Numbered from the stretch's first letter, positions 23,706 to 34,914 are shown. The stretch: 64,000 nucleotides of DNA from an uncultured delta proteobacterium (GCA_963755715.1 CAVWLW010000024.1:96001-160000); one strand, 5' to 3'. Translations and numbers: made by a program. Notes: generated by a model from the letters alone, not told the origin.

Positions 23706-24466
23706 TTAGGACGAAAGCCGTTCGAGCGACTGGCGCACGGTCGGCTGCTTTCCCGCTTCGATATCTTCACGCCGGCGCGTGTGAAAGAGCGTGAGGGTTT
23801 TATTAGCGCGCGCGAGGGTGTCGATCGCCGCACAATATTCCTCGAGCTTATTTCCGGGAAACGCCCACATGGCGATGTCGTCGGACAACGCATCGAGATA
23901 GGCGCGCGCGCCGCAGCAGCCAAGACTCATGCGCTGCGTTGCCATGATTGAACACCTGCGGAATCACCGCGCAGGCGGGCCGTCCCATCGCCGGCGGCAC
24001 GCCCTTATCGACCCGCGCCACCGCCTCGCTGATGATCAGTCCTTGCTGAGCGTGAGCGAACAGCAGAACCACTTCCGGATCGAGCGGAAACTGAGCGAGC
24101 GGTCCGTAGACTACGTACTTGACTTCATCGCGTTATCACCGGGAGAGCCGGCGACTTCCTCGGCGCGCACGTAATCGAGGCCGCTCATCGCCTGCAGCGC
24201 CTCGCCGAACTCGCTCTGATGAGATGGTGCAGGATCTGCCATATGATGCGTATGCACGCCGATCGAACAAAGCGCATGATCCTTTGCCGACGTAACGAAA
24301 GTGCGGGTCGCGGCTTGCTGCCAGAAGAACATCCCGCGGGCACAACGCCATCGAAGTGCGGCATATTGTGCCGGCGCAGCATCCGGAGAATGAAACCGCA
24401 ACAGGCGGTAGGGACAATTGCAAAGAAGAAGACAGAGTTAGCGGCCAGCTTTGCATTGTTGCTCAT
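23706..24466 (-). CDS. DUF169 family protein (several frameshifts; possibly a pseudogene)
   Basis: Pieces LSLPPVAVSF, PAGC.FWQQA, DHALCSIG, GRPACA, SLGCCGARAY. Confidence 0.7.
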
Positions 24467-24741
24467 CGATTCACCTTTCTCATTCATGCCAGTTTGTGTT
24501 TCTCACTATTAACTGCCTCGGGTTGATCGAGCAACTATGCGAAGTTTATAATCGGCTGTGTCGCGTGGCAAGGTGCTTCGGGTTGCGTTTTGAGGTTATT
24601 GAGATACTTTACCTAGCGCGATGCGAGGCGGTAGTATACATGAAAATAACCTCGATGATGCACGAGGTTGAGCTGAAGAGTGGGAGGGCGCTATGGATTG
24701 TTGCGAAAAGATAACGCCTGATTTTACTGGCGAACCCGAAA

Positions 24742-25758
24742 TTGCGAGCGACAAAAAATCATAGGTAGACGAACTGCTTTAAAACGGCTGGCCGGTCTGG
24801 CGAGCGGCATCCTGTTCGTCTCCAAGAAAAATGCCTACGGCCAGGGCCGCCAAGTGCTGCTCGCGTTCTGCGGCCAACTGCTTTGCGTCATTCCTTACGA
24901 AGTCACTCGCGCGCGCGGCCATTTCGCCGACGAAGGTCTCGACGTCCGCCTGGTTTACACGCGCGGCGGCAACGTCGCCATGCAGGCTCTGGTCGGCGGT
25001 TCTGTGGACTACGCGGGGACGTCCTTCGACGTGGCGCTTCAAGCCTTCGCCCACGGCGCGAAGATCGCCCGCTTTGCGTCCACCGGAAGATTGCCGTTGT
25101 TCGCTCTCGCCAGCGCGCCGAAGATGGCGAAAGAGATTCGCACTCTGAAGGATCTGGAAAACCGCACCGTCGGTGTCTCCGCGCTGGGCAATGCCGACCA
25201 TATACTGGTGCTCCTATCTAATGACGCGCGCGGGAGCGGATCCCAAGCGAGTGCGCTTCGCTACCATCGGCACCAATTTGTTGGACGCGCTGCGCCTTGG
25301 TCAGGTCGACGCCGGCATGGTGCAAGAGCCGGCGCTGACGCTGATTACCGACGCGGGCGGCGGCGTGATCGCCAACGCGATGGACATCGAACAGGCAAAC
25401 CGCTACCTCGGCGGGGCCTACGAATTTATGGGCGTGGCGGTGCGCGTCGAAGAGCGCGAGCGGCGCCGGGACGAGATGGCTCGGCTCGCGCGCGCGCTCG
25501 CCAAGAGGCTTGCGCGATACGCGCACGATTCCCGTCAAAGATGCGGTTGCGGCTTTGCCCAAGGAATTGATCACCGGCGGCAACCGCGAACGCCTGGCGA
25601 CGATCCTGGAACGTTACCGTCGCTCGCTCTACCCCGACAATGTGAAAATTGATCTGGCCGCGACGAGCCGTGTCGCAGACGCGCACAAAGCGGCGGGTCT
25701 ATTGGCGCCATCGATCGACTACAAGCCCTTACTCGATCTTTCAATCGTTGGAAGTTAA
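24742..25758 (+). CDS. NitT/TauT (SsuA-like) ABC substrate-binding protein with Tat-like signal (frameshifted)
   Basis: IGRRTALKRLAGLASG signal is in frame with ORF 24854; TTG at 24742 comes into frame if one A is removed from the A6 run; QVDAGMVQEP. Confidence 0.78.
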
Positions 25759-26517
25759 GTGCTGCGCGTCCGCGATCTCGCAGTGGGTTATGGCGCAGAA
25801 CCCGTCATCGAAGGAGTCAACCTCGAAGTCGCCCCTGGCAAGTTCGTGAGTCTCGTCGGGCCCTCGGGCTCCGGCAAAACTAGCATCCTGCGCGCGGTCA
25901 GCGGATTACTTACGCCCAGATCGGGCGGCATCGAATTGAACGGCAGCAGCGATTCACTCGGATTCCTGTTTCAGGACGATGCGCTTTTACCGTGGCGCAC
26001 CGCGCGCGAAAATGTCGCGCTCGGGCTGCGCATTCGTAAGCTGCCAACAAAGGCGGCGGAGTCCGAGGCCGACGCTTGGTTGGCGCGCCTCGGGCTTGAA
26101 GGTTTTGGCGCGCGTTTTCCGCATGAACTTTCCGGTGGGCAAAGAAAGCGCGTTGCGATCGCGCAGATTCTTGCCTTGAAACCGAAACTCTTGCTCATGG
26201 ATGAACCCTTCGCGTCGCTCGATGCGATCGTGCGCACGCGCATCACCCAGGAACTGTTGAATTGGGTGGAACGAGAGCACCTGAGCGTGCTCCTGGTCAC
26301 GCACGACTTGGAAGAAGCATTGACCGTTTCCGATACCGTTTATTTGCTGTCGCAGGGGCCGAAGGCGCGCGTGGTGAATTCTTACAATGTGTCGATTCCC
26401 CGTCCGCGGGATATTTTTGCCAGTCGCAAACACCCAAATTTTGCGCCGCTGCTCGAACGGCTATGGAACGATATGTCGAGCGCGATGAATGGCGCCGAGT
26501 TTGAGGCACAGCGATGA
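25759..26517 (+). CDS. NitT/TauT ABC ATPase
   Basis: GPSGSGKT, FQDDALLPW, LSGGQRKR, MDEPFASLD. Confidence 0.92.
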   Translation: MLRVRDLAVGYGAEPVIEGVNLEVAPGKFVSLVGPSGSGKTSILRAVSGLLTPRSGGIELNGSSDSLGFLFQDDALLPWRTARENVALGLRIRKLPTKAAESEADAWLARLGLEGFGARFPHELSGGQRKRVAIAQILALKPKLLLMDEPFASLDAIVRTRITQELLNWVEREHLSVLLVTHDLEEALTVSDTVYLLSQGPKARVVNSYNVSIPRPRDIFASRKHPNFAPLLERLWNDMSSAMNGAEFEAQR

Positions 26518-27296
26518 ACCGCTATTTGGAAAATGTTGCCGTGCGCCGCGTGGTCGCGATGGTTTTGCTGGCGTCCGCGTGGGAGGTGTTGTCGCGTATC
26601 GGCGTCATCAATCCGTTTTATGCGCCCGCGCCGAGCGAGATTTTGCGGGTTGTCTTTTCACTGTTCATCGAGGGGACGATCTACAACCATTTGGAAGCCA
26701 CTTTCGTTGCTGCACTCGCCGGGCTCGTGATTGGGCTCGCGCTCGGGATTTTCCTCGGCTTTGCCGCCGCGCTGGTCCCGTTGGTCGCCGACGTGCTCGA
26801 GCCGATCATGATGCTGCTGAACGCGATTCCTCGGGTGATCCTGGCGCCGCTCTTCGTCATCTGGCTCGGCATCGAAATATCTTCGAAGATCGCGCTTGCG
26901 GTCGTGCTGGTGGCAGTGCTGATTTTTTTTGCCGTGTACAACGGCATCAAGGACGTGAACCAGCTTTTTGTCGATCGCGTGCGCACCCTCGGCGGCGGTC
27001 GCCTGGTTCTGTTACGTGAAGTCTATGTTCCGTCCGTGACGGCGTGGGTGCTCGGCAGCCTCAAGGTTGCGGTGGGTTTCGCTTTTACGGGCGCTTGCGT
27101 CGGCGAGTTTGTTGCCGCGACCAGGGGACTGGGCTATCTGCTTCAGTTCGCGCAGAGCACCTACAATGCGGCGCTGACCATGGGGCTCATCTTTTTGATC
27201 ATGGCGTTTGTTCTGATTCTTTTTTTCTGCGCGGAAGCGATAGAGCGACGGCTGCTGCGCTGGCGTTACCGGGGCAACAGGGAAAAACCCGCCTGA
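26514..27296 (+). CDS. NitT/TauT ABC permease
   Basis: NAIPRVILAPLFVIWLG, GEFVAATRGLG. Confidence 0.92.
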   Translation: MNRYLENVAVRRVVAMVLLASAWEVLSRIGVINPFYAPAPSEILRVVFSLFIEGTIYNHLEATFVAALAGLVIGLALGIFLGFAAALVPLVADVLEPIMMLLNAIPRVILAPLFVIWLGIEISSKIALAVVLVAVLIFFAVYNGIKDVNQLFVDRVRTLGGGRLVLLREVYVPSVTAWVLGSLKVAVGFAFTGACVGEFVAATRGLGYLLQFAQSTYNAALTMGLIFLIMAFVLILFFCAEAIERRLLRWRYRGNREKPA

Positions 27297-27498
27297 CTAG
27301 TGTGCTGTCCTGGAAGTTCACTGCATTAGTCCACGTCATTCCCTCGAAAAATCTCCCCTTCCCCTCTTTGTTAAAGAGGGGTGAGAACCGCATGGAGACA
27401 ATTCCCCCTTTGAAAAAGGGGGATACAGGGGGATTTGCGTTCGACTTCATCTGCCGCGAACGATAAAATTTTTTGAACGAACTTCAGAGACGCCACAG
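27297..27498. mobile_element. Possible MITE with degenerate terminal inverted repeats around a double-hairpin repeat (27349-27436)
   Basis: gtgtgctgtcctggaagttc versus reverse complement of gaacttcagagacgccacag, 14/20 match, with ctag at the left end; internal cccctcttt-aaagagggg and cccccttt-aaaggggg hairpins. Confidence 0.5.
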
Positions 27499-27711
27499 AA
27501 AAGGCGTTTCCCTTGTTTCCTACCGCTATCGCTTGCAGCGACCTGTTGCTTCACCGGGCCTAAAGAAATCCGGGCTTATTCCCCTAGACTGTCGGCGGCA
27601 AATTCCAGGTCATTGTCGAGAGCAGAGCGTATCTCGTTGGCACCGGACGAAAAAAAACCAAATCGCCTGCGCATTATGCTGCGACTGGTCGACTTCTCCG
27701 TTACGCCCTGC

Positions 27712-28930
27712 TCACACATCCAAGGTTCTCAGACTGCGGGCAAATTTCGCTACCATTAGCACCGCCGCCGAGCCGACGCAGCCGCCGAGGATTAGCGCGC
27801 CGGGCACGCCGATAAAGCTTGCCGCGGCTCCCATCTGCGCATGTCCCATGTACGTGCCCGCCGACATGAAAACTTGATCGAAGCTTTTTACCCGGCCGCG
27901 CATCTGATCGGGGGTCGTCAGCTGTACCAACGTATCGCGCAAGGTCTCGCCGATGGCATCGACAAGTCCGAGGCAAAAAACGATGAGGAGCGACAGCGTC
28001 AGAGAACGTGACAGCGCAAAGCAAATCAAACCGATCGTATAGAGCAGGGTTACGCCGATAATAAGTTGGCCCTTGCGTCTTGGGTTGCCGGCGGCGAGAA
28101 CAATTCCGGAACCCGCCAGGGCGCCAAGGGCGGGCACACCTAAAAGCGCGCCGAGACCAGCGGGTCCAGTGCCGAGAATGTCGCGCGCAAAAGCAGGCAT
28201 CATGGAGCGATACGCACCGAAAAATTGCACGCAGGTATCCATGCTCATCAAACCCAAGATCACCGAGTTTTCGCGAATGAAATTAAAACCAGCGCGCACG
28301 CTTTCCAGCGGCGATTCTTTTTTCTCTCGGCTCGGCTTTACTTGCCGGCGCATGAACGCGAGACAAATAATCACGGCGAAAAAACTCACGGCGTCGATGT
28401 AATAAGCCGGACTGATGCCCAACGCGCTGATCACGAGCCCGCCGATGAATGGGCCGCCGAGCGTGGCGATTTGCCGCCAAGTAATATTGAGCGCATAAGC
28501 CGAGGCGAGTTGTTCAGCCGACACCAACGCCGGGATCATCGCGGTGCGCGCCGGCGCGTCGAAGATTCCCGACCGCGCCGGACAGAAATGTGACGGTGTA
28601 TATATGCCACACGCGGATCTGGCCCGCCGAACTCAATAGCCCGAGCGTGAGCGACAAGAGCGCGGCTAAACTTTGCGTGATGATCAGCAGCTTGCGCCGA
28701 TCCATGCGGTCGGCGAGCACTCCGCCGGGCAATGACAGAATCATTACCGGCAGCGCGCGAAACAGGCCGGTGAGACCCAATTGAAAAGGCGAGTTGGTGA
28801 TTTCATAGACCTGCCAGGCGATGGCAACGGTGGATATCTGGGTGCCGACGGCGGAGAACAAAAGACTCAACCAGAACAGACCGAAGTCTCTTTGCTTGAG
28901 AACTTGCCAAGGAGTAACAGGTGGTTTCAT
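27712..28930 (-). CDS. MFS transporter (EntS/MFS_3-like), frameshifted
   Basis: GVLADRMDRRKLL motif A; QLTTPDQMRGRV. Confidence 0.88.
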
Positions 28931-29031
28931 GGGATTTATAAAGTTTTAAATGAGTGGATGGTGTGTTGCCTATTGTCCATCCGTTAGCTAGTGCAGGGAT
29001 AAAACTTTAAGGCTCGAGTGTGCGGCTCCGA

Positions 29032-30036
29032 TCATTGCCCGGCGCGCTCGATCCAACCTTCTTTGACGAGTTTTTCCAACGGACCATGATCGCGAAAGAG
29101 CTCCGGCCTGCCGAAGAATTCTTTGGGCACGGGACGCCGGGCGGAAAGCTCTTTCAGGACGATCTCCAATCCCTGATCGGAAACGTAAGGGATGGGCTTG
29201 AAAATTTTCGCGTAGACTTCGACAGTTTTTTTGATGAAAGCGGAGTCAGTCTCGCGATGCCATTTCTTGATCACCTGCTCGACGAAAGCGCTGTCTTTTT
29301 TGATCAGGCGAGCGGCTTCGATGTAAGCCTTGAGAAAGCGCTCGACCGCTGAGGGATTGCTCTTGATAAACGCCCGGCTGGTAGCGACGCAGGACGAGGG
29401 ATAAATAAAATTCGGCGTCGACAGATCGACCAAGAGCGGCCAACCCATCTGGATCAGGCTGAAAGTATTGCGATAGGGGAGTGCGGCTGCCGCCACTCTG
29501 CCGCTGCGCATCGCCGTTACAATCTCACCGCCGCCTCCCAGTTGAAGAATCGTCATATCTTTTTCCGGATCCAATCCGAGAGATCGCAAGGCGGCGCGCA
29601 AATAAAAATGCGTCGTCGAGCCGAGCCTGGTAACGGCGCTGCTTTTGCCTTTGAGGCTTGCCGGGTTTTTGAACTCAGGCCGGGCGACGAAATAAACTAC
29701 GTCGGTGTCGGCGGGACAGGCGATCAGCGCGACGTCGCCGCCCTCGATGCGCGCCGAGACCACCGATTCCGCTCCGGCGCCGGAGAATTGCACCGTGCCG
29801 CTCATGATCATCGTCGTGATCAGCGCGCCGCCGCGGATGTGAACAGGTTCGACGTTGAGGCCGTATTTCGCGAATAGACCACTGTCCTTGCCGACCAGGA
29901 TGGGCAGGTGCTGAAGCGAAGTCGTCACGCCATATGGAACGCGCAAAAGTTCCTGAGCAAAAGATCGGGTTGGTGACAGCGCCACGATCACCCATAGGAA
30001 GAATGAAAGCGCCCGGCGAGCCAGCTTCAAATTCAT
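29032..30036 (-). CDS. Orphan NMT1/SsuA-type ABC substrate-binding protein
   Basis: Signal peptide; GLFAKYGLNVE, LKGKSSAVTRLGSTT, GLDPEKDM. Confidence 0.88.
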   Translation of the reverse strand: MNLKLARRALSFFLWVIVALSPTRSFAQELLRVPYGVTTSLQHLPILVGKDSGLFAKYGLNVEPVHIRGGALITTMIMSGTVQFSGAGAESVVSARIEGGDVALIACPADTDVVYFVARPEFKNPASLKGKSSAVTRLGSTTHFYLRAALRSLGLDPEKDMTILQLGGGGEIVTAMRSGRVAAAALPYRNTFSLIQMGWPLLVDLSTPNFIYPSSCVATSRAFIKSNPSAVERFLKAYIEAARLIKKDSAFVEQVIKKWHRETDSAFIKKTVEVYAKIFKPIPYVSDQGLEIVLKELSARRPVPKEFFGRPELFRDHGPLEKLVKEGWIERAGQ

Positions 30037-30040
30037 CGGA

Positions 30041-30514
30041 TCAGGATTTCCGGAAATATTTGCTCTCAACCGCTGCGGCATCGAAGGAAACGAATTCATT
30101 GATTCCGGGCTTGCGGATTTGCGGCGTTTCGCTGGTGTCGAACAAAGCCACGGCGCCATTGGCGGCCTTCAAACCGACCAGGCCTGGGGCGTGGGCTTCG
30201 ATGACGACGGCATCCTTGTCGGATCGGTTCCAGGCCCAGTGCACTTTGTTTCCCGGGATTCTTTGGAAGTCGCCCTTCTTGCAGTGAAAACCTTGTTCCT
30301 CGACAAAGAACCAAATTTCGCCTTCCTGAATGTAGTTGAGCTGCTCGGATTCATGAATGTGCGGCGTCGTGTGATATCCCGGCGCCCGCGACGCGATCAT
30401 CAGACTGCATTCGTTGCCATAACCTTTAACCGACACCATCGAACCTTCGCCTTCAGCGCCGGTGCGGACGCCTTTTCGCTCTGGAACATCTTCGCGTTTT
30501 ACGTGAAGCGGCAT
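30041..30514 (-). CDS. Cupin domain protein
   Basis: PHIHESEQLNYIQEG...GDFQRIPGNKVHW. Confidence 0.88.
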   Translation of the reverse strand: MPLHVKREDVPERKGVRTGAEGEGSMVSVKGYGNECSLMIASRAPGYHTTPHIHESEQLNYIQEGEIWFFVEEQGFHCKKGDFQRIPGNKVHWAWNRSDKDAVVIEAHAPGLVGLKAANGAVALFDTSETPQIRKPGINEFVSFDAAAVESKYFRKS

Positions 30515-30620
30515 GTATTTTTCCTTTCGTCGCGTTTGGATATCTGGATGCGGAATCGGATTTATTTTCTGTAGCCGATAGCACAAAAACCGCAAAGTGA
30601 GTAGCTCCGATGCCGTCGGC

Positions 30621-30650
30621 TTGACAGTTTCGCCGGATTGCCGCTACAAC
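30621..30650 (+). promoter_or_regulatory. Possible sigma-70 promoter
   Basis: TTGACA-18 bp-TACAAC upstream of GGAGG RBS and ATG 30673. Confidence 0.45.
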
Positions 30651-30672
30651 CGCGCAAGACAGGGGAGGCTCA

Positions 30673-31680
30673 ATGATTGGTTTAATGATGGTTTGCATGT
30701 TCGTCGCCATCTTGTCGTCGGGGGCAGCGTGGGCGCAAAAGAGTCTGCCGACGGTGCGCATCGGCATCGAAGCGCCGGCGGGAACCAACAGCCATTACTA
30801 CGTGACGAAGCAGTTGGGACTATTTCAAAAACACGGCATTAATATCGAGTTGATTTCCTTCCCGGGAGGAACTGTGGGGCTCCAGGCGTTGCTCGCCGGC
30901 GATATTCAATTCGCCAGCGCCGACGGCACGGCGGGATTGCAGGCCAATCTGCGCGGCGCGAATATTTATTTCGTCGCCGGCATGATCAACACTTTCCCGT
31001 TCAGTATCTTATCCAAGCCGGAGATTCGCGTGCCCGCCGATCTGCGCGGCAAGAAAATCGTGATCAGCCGATATGGTTCCTCATCGGACACGGCCGTGCG
31101 GGTGGCGGTGGAGAAATACGATCTCAAACCGGACAAGGATGTGATCATTCTTCAAGGCGGCGGCCAGAGCGAGCGCTTTGCCGCGCTGCGCGCCGGCGCG
31201 GTCGATGCCGCCATCGTCAGTCCGCCGCTCAATCTGGCCGGGCGTAAAATGGGCTACAACGAAGTGATCGATCTTTCCCAGTCCGGCGTCGCATACTCGC
31301 ATCAGCAGATCGTCGCAATCAAAGATTATCTCGATCGCAATCCGGACGCGGTTTTGCGGACGCTGCGCGCGCTTATCGAGGGCCTCGCGGCATGGAAAGA
31401 TCCCGCGAAAAAATCGGCGGTGACGACCTACGTGGCGAAATATCTGCGCTTGGATCCCGAGAAAAACAAGGACCAGATCGAAGAGACTTATCGCTACTAC
31501 GGCAATACTTTTTCAACAAAGCCTTACGCCACGGCTGAAGGCTTGGAATTTACCGCGCAGATCTTGAAGCGGAACAGGCCGGAAGCGAAAGATATGCAAG
31601 CCAAGGATTATCTCGTCAATCGCTTCGTCGCCGAGCTGGAAAAAGAAGGTTTCCTAGCCAAGGTATTCGGCGGCAAATAA
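30673..31680 (+). CDS. Orphan NMT1/SsuA-type ABC substrate-binding protein
   Basis: Signal ending AWA; GLFQKHGINIE, DLRGKKIVISRYGSSSD. Confidence 0.9.
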   Translation: MIGLMMVCMFVAILSSGAAWAQKSLPTVRIGIEAPAGTNSHYYVTKQLGLFQKHGINIELISFPGGTVGLQALLAGDIQFASADGTAGLQANLRGANIYFVAGMINTFPFSILSKPEIRVPADLRGKKIVISRYGSSSDTAVRVAVEKYDLKPDKDVIILQGGGQSERFAALRAGAVDAAIVSPPLNLAGRKMGYNEVIDLSQSGVAYSHQQIVAIKDYLDRNPDAVLRTLRALIEGLAAWKDPAKKSAVTTYVAKYLRLDPEKNKDQIEETYRYYGNTFSTKPYATAEGLEFTAQILKRNRPEAKDMQAKDYLVNRFVAELEKEGFLAKVFGGK

Positions 31681-31721
31681 CTACATGGACTGGCGCTGCA
31701 ATTCGGTCGGATCCTCGACAA

Positions 31722-32691
31722 CTATTGTGTCTTCCAGCCGAGATCTTCGGGCGTGAAGCGGGAATATTTGTCGATTTCTTCTTTAATCAATTTGTTTAGA
31801 TCTGCGGCGGAAGTGCGCAGATCGACATTGTAGCCGCGGGACTTTCAAGTTTTCCTTGAGCTTTGGTTCTTCCACGGTTTTTCTGATTGCGTCCGTCAGC
31901 GTTTTTGCAGCCGCTTCAGGCAATCCTTTCGGCGCTAAAAAGGCGACGCTGGCGAGCAGATTCACTTGGGGATATCCCTGCTTGGCGAAGGTCGGCACGT
32001 CGGGTAGCACCGCCGATTCCACGTCGACGGCGAGGCCGATGAGCTTGCCGGCTTTGATATGCGGCTGCGCGGCGACATCCGATGCCATGGCGAAATTCAC
32101 ATGCCCTCCCAACAGATTCGTCATCGCCTGCGCCGAGCCGGCGAAGGGAAGCGAGGTGATATCGATCTTCGCCGCGCGCTTCAACAGCTCCACTTCCAAC
32201 GTCAGGCTTGTCCCCACCGGACCCACGGCGACGATCAGATCGCCGGGTTTTTTCTGCGCTTGAGAAACGACGTCTTTCAAGTTTTTGAACTCGGCGTCGG
32301 CGCGACCGAGCATGATCACGGCTGCATAGCCGTGCAAAATCGCGATTGGCTGAAAATCACGGACCAAATTCGCCGGGGCCTTCGGATTGGCCACGCTCAT
32401 CGTCGCCACTTGGCCGAGCAATGAGCCTAACAGCGTGTAGCCGTCCTTGCGCGCGCCCGCGACCTTTTCGGCGGCGATCGCGCCGGCGCCGGCGGGTTGA
32501 TTGACCACATTCACCTGCACCTTTAAAGTCTTCGCCAACTCCTCGGCGAGGAGGCGAAATATGAGATCGATGCCGCCGCCCGGGCTCGACGACACGACGA
32601 GCTCGATCGGCTTAGTGGGAAAATTCTGGCCGTAGAGGGCCGGACTCAATCCTAACACGGCCAAAGCGACGATCATGAACTTCAGTTTCAT
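31722..32691 (-). CDS. tctC: Tripartite tricarboxylate transporter substrate-binding protein (Bug/TctC); frameshift near C-terminus
   Basis: FPTKPIELVV...PGGGID, DGYTLL, LLGGHV, PDVPT; alternate frame ends ...EDLGWKTQ* at 31722. Confidence 0.88.
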
Positions 32692-32772
32692 GAAACCTCC
32701 GGAGCACTTGTGGAATTAATGTCCCTTTCGGGGATGGTTGAAATCCCTAGTCCTCAGCCGAACTGAAAATTC

Positions 32773-32853
32773 GTCATGCCGGTGAAAACCGGCATCCAGG
32801 CCGTTTTCAGTTTAAGCTAAATCCGCCTGGATTCCGGCTTCAGCCGGAATGAC
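32773..32853. repeat. REP-like inverted pair of the GTCAT(T/G)CC...ATCCAG type
   Basis: gtcatgccggtgaaaaccggcatccagg ... cctggattccggcttcagccggaatgac. Confidence 0.8.
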
Positions 32854-32937
32854 AGGAACAAGAGTCGACTTCCAGTCGACTAATTCAGAACCCTCAGATT
32901 AGAGCCGAGTGTTCTTCAGTTTCTAAATCATTTGCAG

Positions 32938-34443
32938 TCACTGCTCTTCCAATTTCTCGATGATTTCATGGCCGATGCGTCGCCGCGTCAGCAGCGGGCT
33001 TAACAACATGAGCAACGCCGCGCCCATGAAGAACGCCGCGATCGGTCTTTGGAAAAAAATCGCAACGTGTCCCTTGGACATGATCAACGAGCGCCGAATC
33101 GCCGTCTCCAACAGCGGACCGATGACCAATCCCAGTACCATCGGCGCGGGCTCATAGGCAAATTTTTTCATCAGGTAGCCGACGACGCCGAAGATAATCA
33201 CGATCACGACGTCGCCGGTGTTGCCGGCGGCGGTGTAGGCGCCGATGATGCTGAACAGAATAATCAATGGGAAAAGGAAATAGTAGGGGACTTGCAGCAC
33301 TCTGATCCACAGGCCGATCAACGGCAGGTTGAGGATCAAAAGCATGGCATTGCCGATCGCCATGCTGCCGAGCAGGCCCCAGAAAATATCCGGCGAATTT
33401 TTGATAAACAACGGTCCGGGCGCCAAGCCGTGGATCATCAGCGCGCCAAAGATCAGCGATGTCACCGAGCCGGTTGGCAAGCCCAGGCTCAGCAGCGGGA
33501 TCCAGCCGCTGCAGCTCGCCGCATTATTTGCCGTCTCGGGCGCGGCCACGCCTTCGATGGCGCCGCGGCCGAATTTTTCCGGATGCTTGGAAATCTTTTT
33601 TTCGACCGCATAGGCGGCAAACGTGGCGATGACGACGTTCAAACCGGGAATCGCGCCGACCAAAAAACCCAGAACGGTTCCGCGAGTGATGGGCATCGCG
33701 GAATCCTTCCAGTCTTGCAGCGTCGGCAGTAGCCCCTTGATCTTTTTTTGAAAGATTTCTCCCGCGTGCGCCTGCAGATTGACCAAGACCTCGGAAACTC
33801 CAAAGAGACCGATCACGACCGGAGTCAAGCCAACGCCGTCGCGCAGCACCAAAATATCGAAGGTGAAGCGCGGTTGGCCGGTGACGGGATCGAGGCCGAC
33901 GCTGGCGAGAAGACTGCCGAAGAGCGCCATCAGCAGCGCTTTGTCCATCGGGCCGTGCGCCAGATAAACGAGGGCGGTCAAACCGAACAGGAGCAGGGCG
34001 GCATATTCCGGCGGGCCAAAGCGAAGCCCCAATTCCGCCAACGCCGGCGCCAAGAATGCCACGCCAAGGAGCGCAACCATGCCGCCGATAAAGGAGCCGA
34101 AGGCGGCGATGCCCAGCGCCGGACCCGCGCGACCCTGGCGCGCCATCGCGTAGCCGTCGAGACAGGTGATGACCGAAGAAGCTTCGCCCGGAATATTGAC
34201 TAGAATCGACGTCGTCGAGCCACCGTACTGGGCGCCATAGGTAATGCCGAACAACATAATCAAATAGGCCAGAGGCGGCGCGTGCAAAGCCAGCGGCAAG
34301 AGTAACGCGATGGCGCCCGCCGGGCCGAGACCGGGAAGCACACCGACCAAAGTGCCCAACAGGACGCCGGCAAAACCGTATAATAGGTTGAGCGGCGAAG
34401 CAGCGGTGAGAATACCCTGAGCTAACGAATGCAGCGTGTCCAT
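32938..34443 (-). CDS. tctA: Tripartite tricarboxylate transporter large permease
   Basis: YGGSTTSILVNIPGEASS, DGYAMARQG, APETANNAA. Confidence 0.95.
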   Translation of the reverse strand: MDTLHSLAQGILTAASPLNLLYGFAGVLLGTLVGVLPGLGPAGAIALLLPLALHAPPLAYLIMLFGITYGAQYGGSTTSILVNIPGEASSVITCLDGYAMARQGRAGPALGIAAFGSFIGGMVALLGVAFLAPALAELGLRFGPPEYAALLLFGLTALVYLAHGPMDKALLMALFGSLLASVGLDPVTGQPRFTFDILVLRDGVGLTPVVIGLFGVSEVLVNLQAHAGEIFQKKIKGLLPTLQDWKDSAMPITRGTVLGFLVGAIPGLNVVIATFAAYAVEKKISKHPEKFGRGAIEGVAAPETANNAASCSGWIPLLSLGLPTGSVTSLIFGALMIHGLAPGPLFIKNSPDIFWGLLGSMAIGNAMLLILNLPLIGLWIRVLQVPYYFLFPLIILFSIIGAYTAAGNTGDVVIVIIFGVVGYLMKKFAYEPAPMVLGLVIGPLLETAIRRSLIMSKGHVAIFFQRPIAAFFMGAALLMLLSPLLTRRRIGHEIIEKLEEQ

Positions 34444-34455
34444 CGGTCGCGCGTG

Positions 34456-34914
34456 TCAAATGAGCCAGCTCAGCAAGCCTCTCGGCATTTCAGCCTTTAG
34501 CAGCACGTCAAAAAAGAAATGGGACGCTAGCGCTACCGCCGCTGCGAAACTCAGAGTCGCGGGCCAGCGGCGCGCAGCGATGACTTTTAAATAGAAAGCG
34601 ACAAGCAGGAACGTGCAGAAAAGAAATCCGAGAAGGTCGAGCAAAAACGCGTACGCCATCATGCCGGCAATGACGTAAAGGACGAGTTTCGCTTCGCCGG
34701 CGATGGCTAGCTCAGAATTATCATCCGGCGAATTCTTTCGAATACTATTTACCAAGCGAAAAGCGGCGATCAGCCCTATGGCGATGGCGGCGATGAAAGG
34801 GAAAAACCCCGGCCCGGGCCGATTGGCCGTGCTTAGACCGAGCCGATAGGATTCGACGGATAAGTAGCACGAGAGCAGCAGCCAAAAGCTGCAGATGATG
34901 ATTTCTCTTTTCAC
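34456..34914 (-). CDS. tctB: Tripartite tricarboxylate transporter small subunit
   Basis: PGPGFFP motif, 4 TM segments, ends MPRG; adjacent to tctA. Confidence 0.9.
   Translation of the reverse strand: MKREIIICSFWLLLSCYLSVESYRLGLSTANRPGPGFFPFIAAIAIGLIAAFRLVNSIRKNSPDDNSELAIAGEAKLVLYVIAGMMAYAFLLDLLGFLFCTFLLVAFYLKVIAARRWPATLSFAAAVALASHFFFDVLLKAEMPRGLLSWLI

Noticed and set aside
27044-27877. ORFs containing PPLKKGDTGGF
   Set aside because: Read-through of a palindromic repeat and of antisense MFS sequence.
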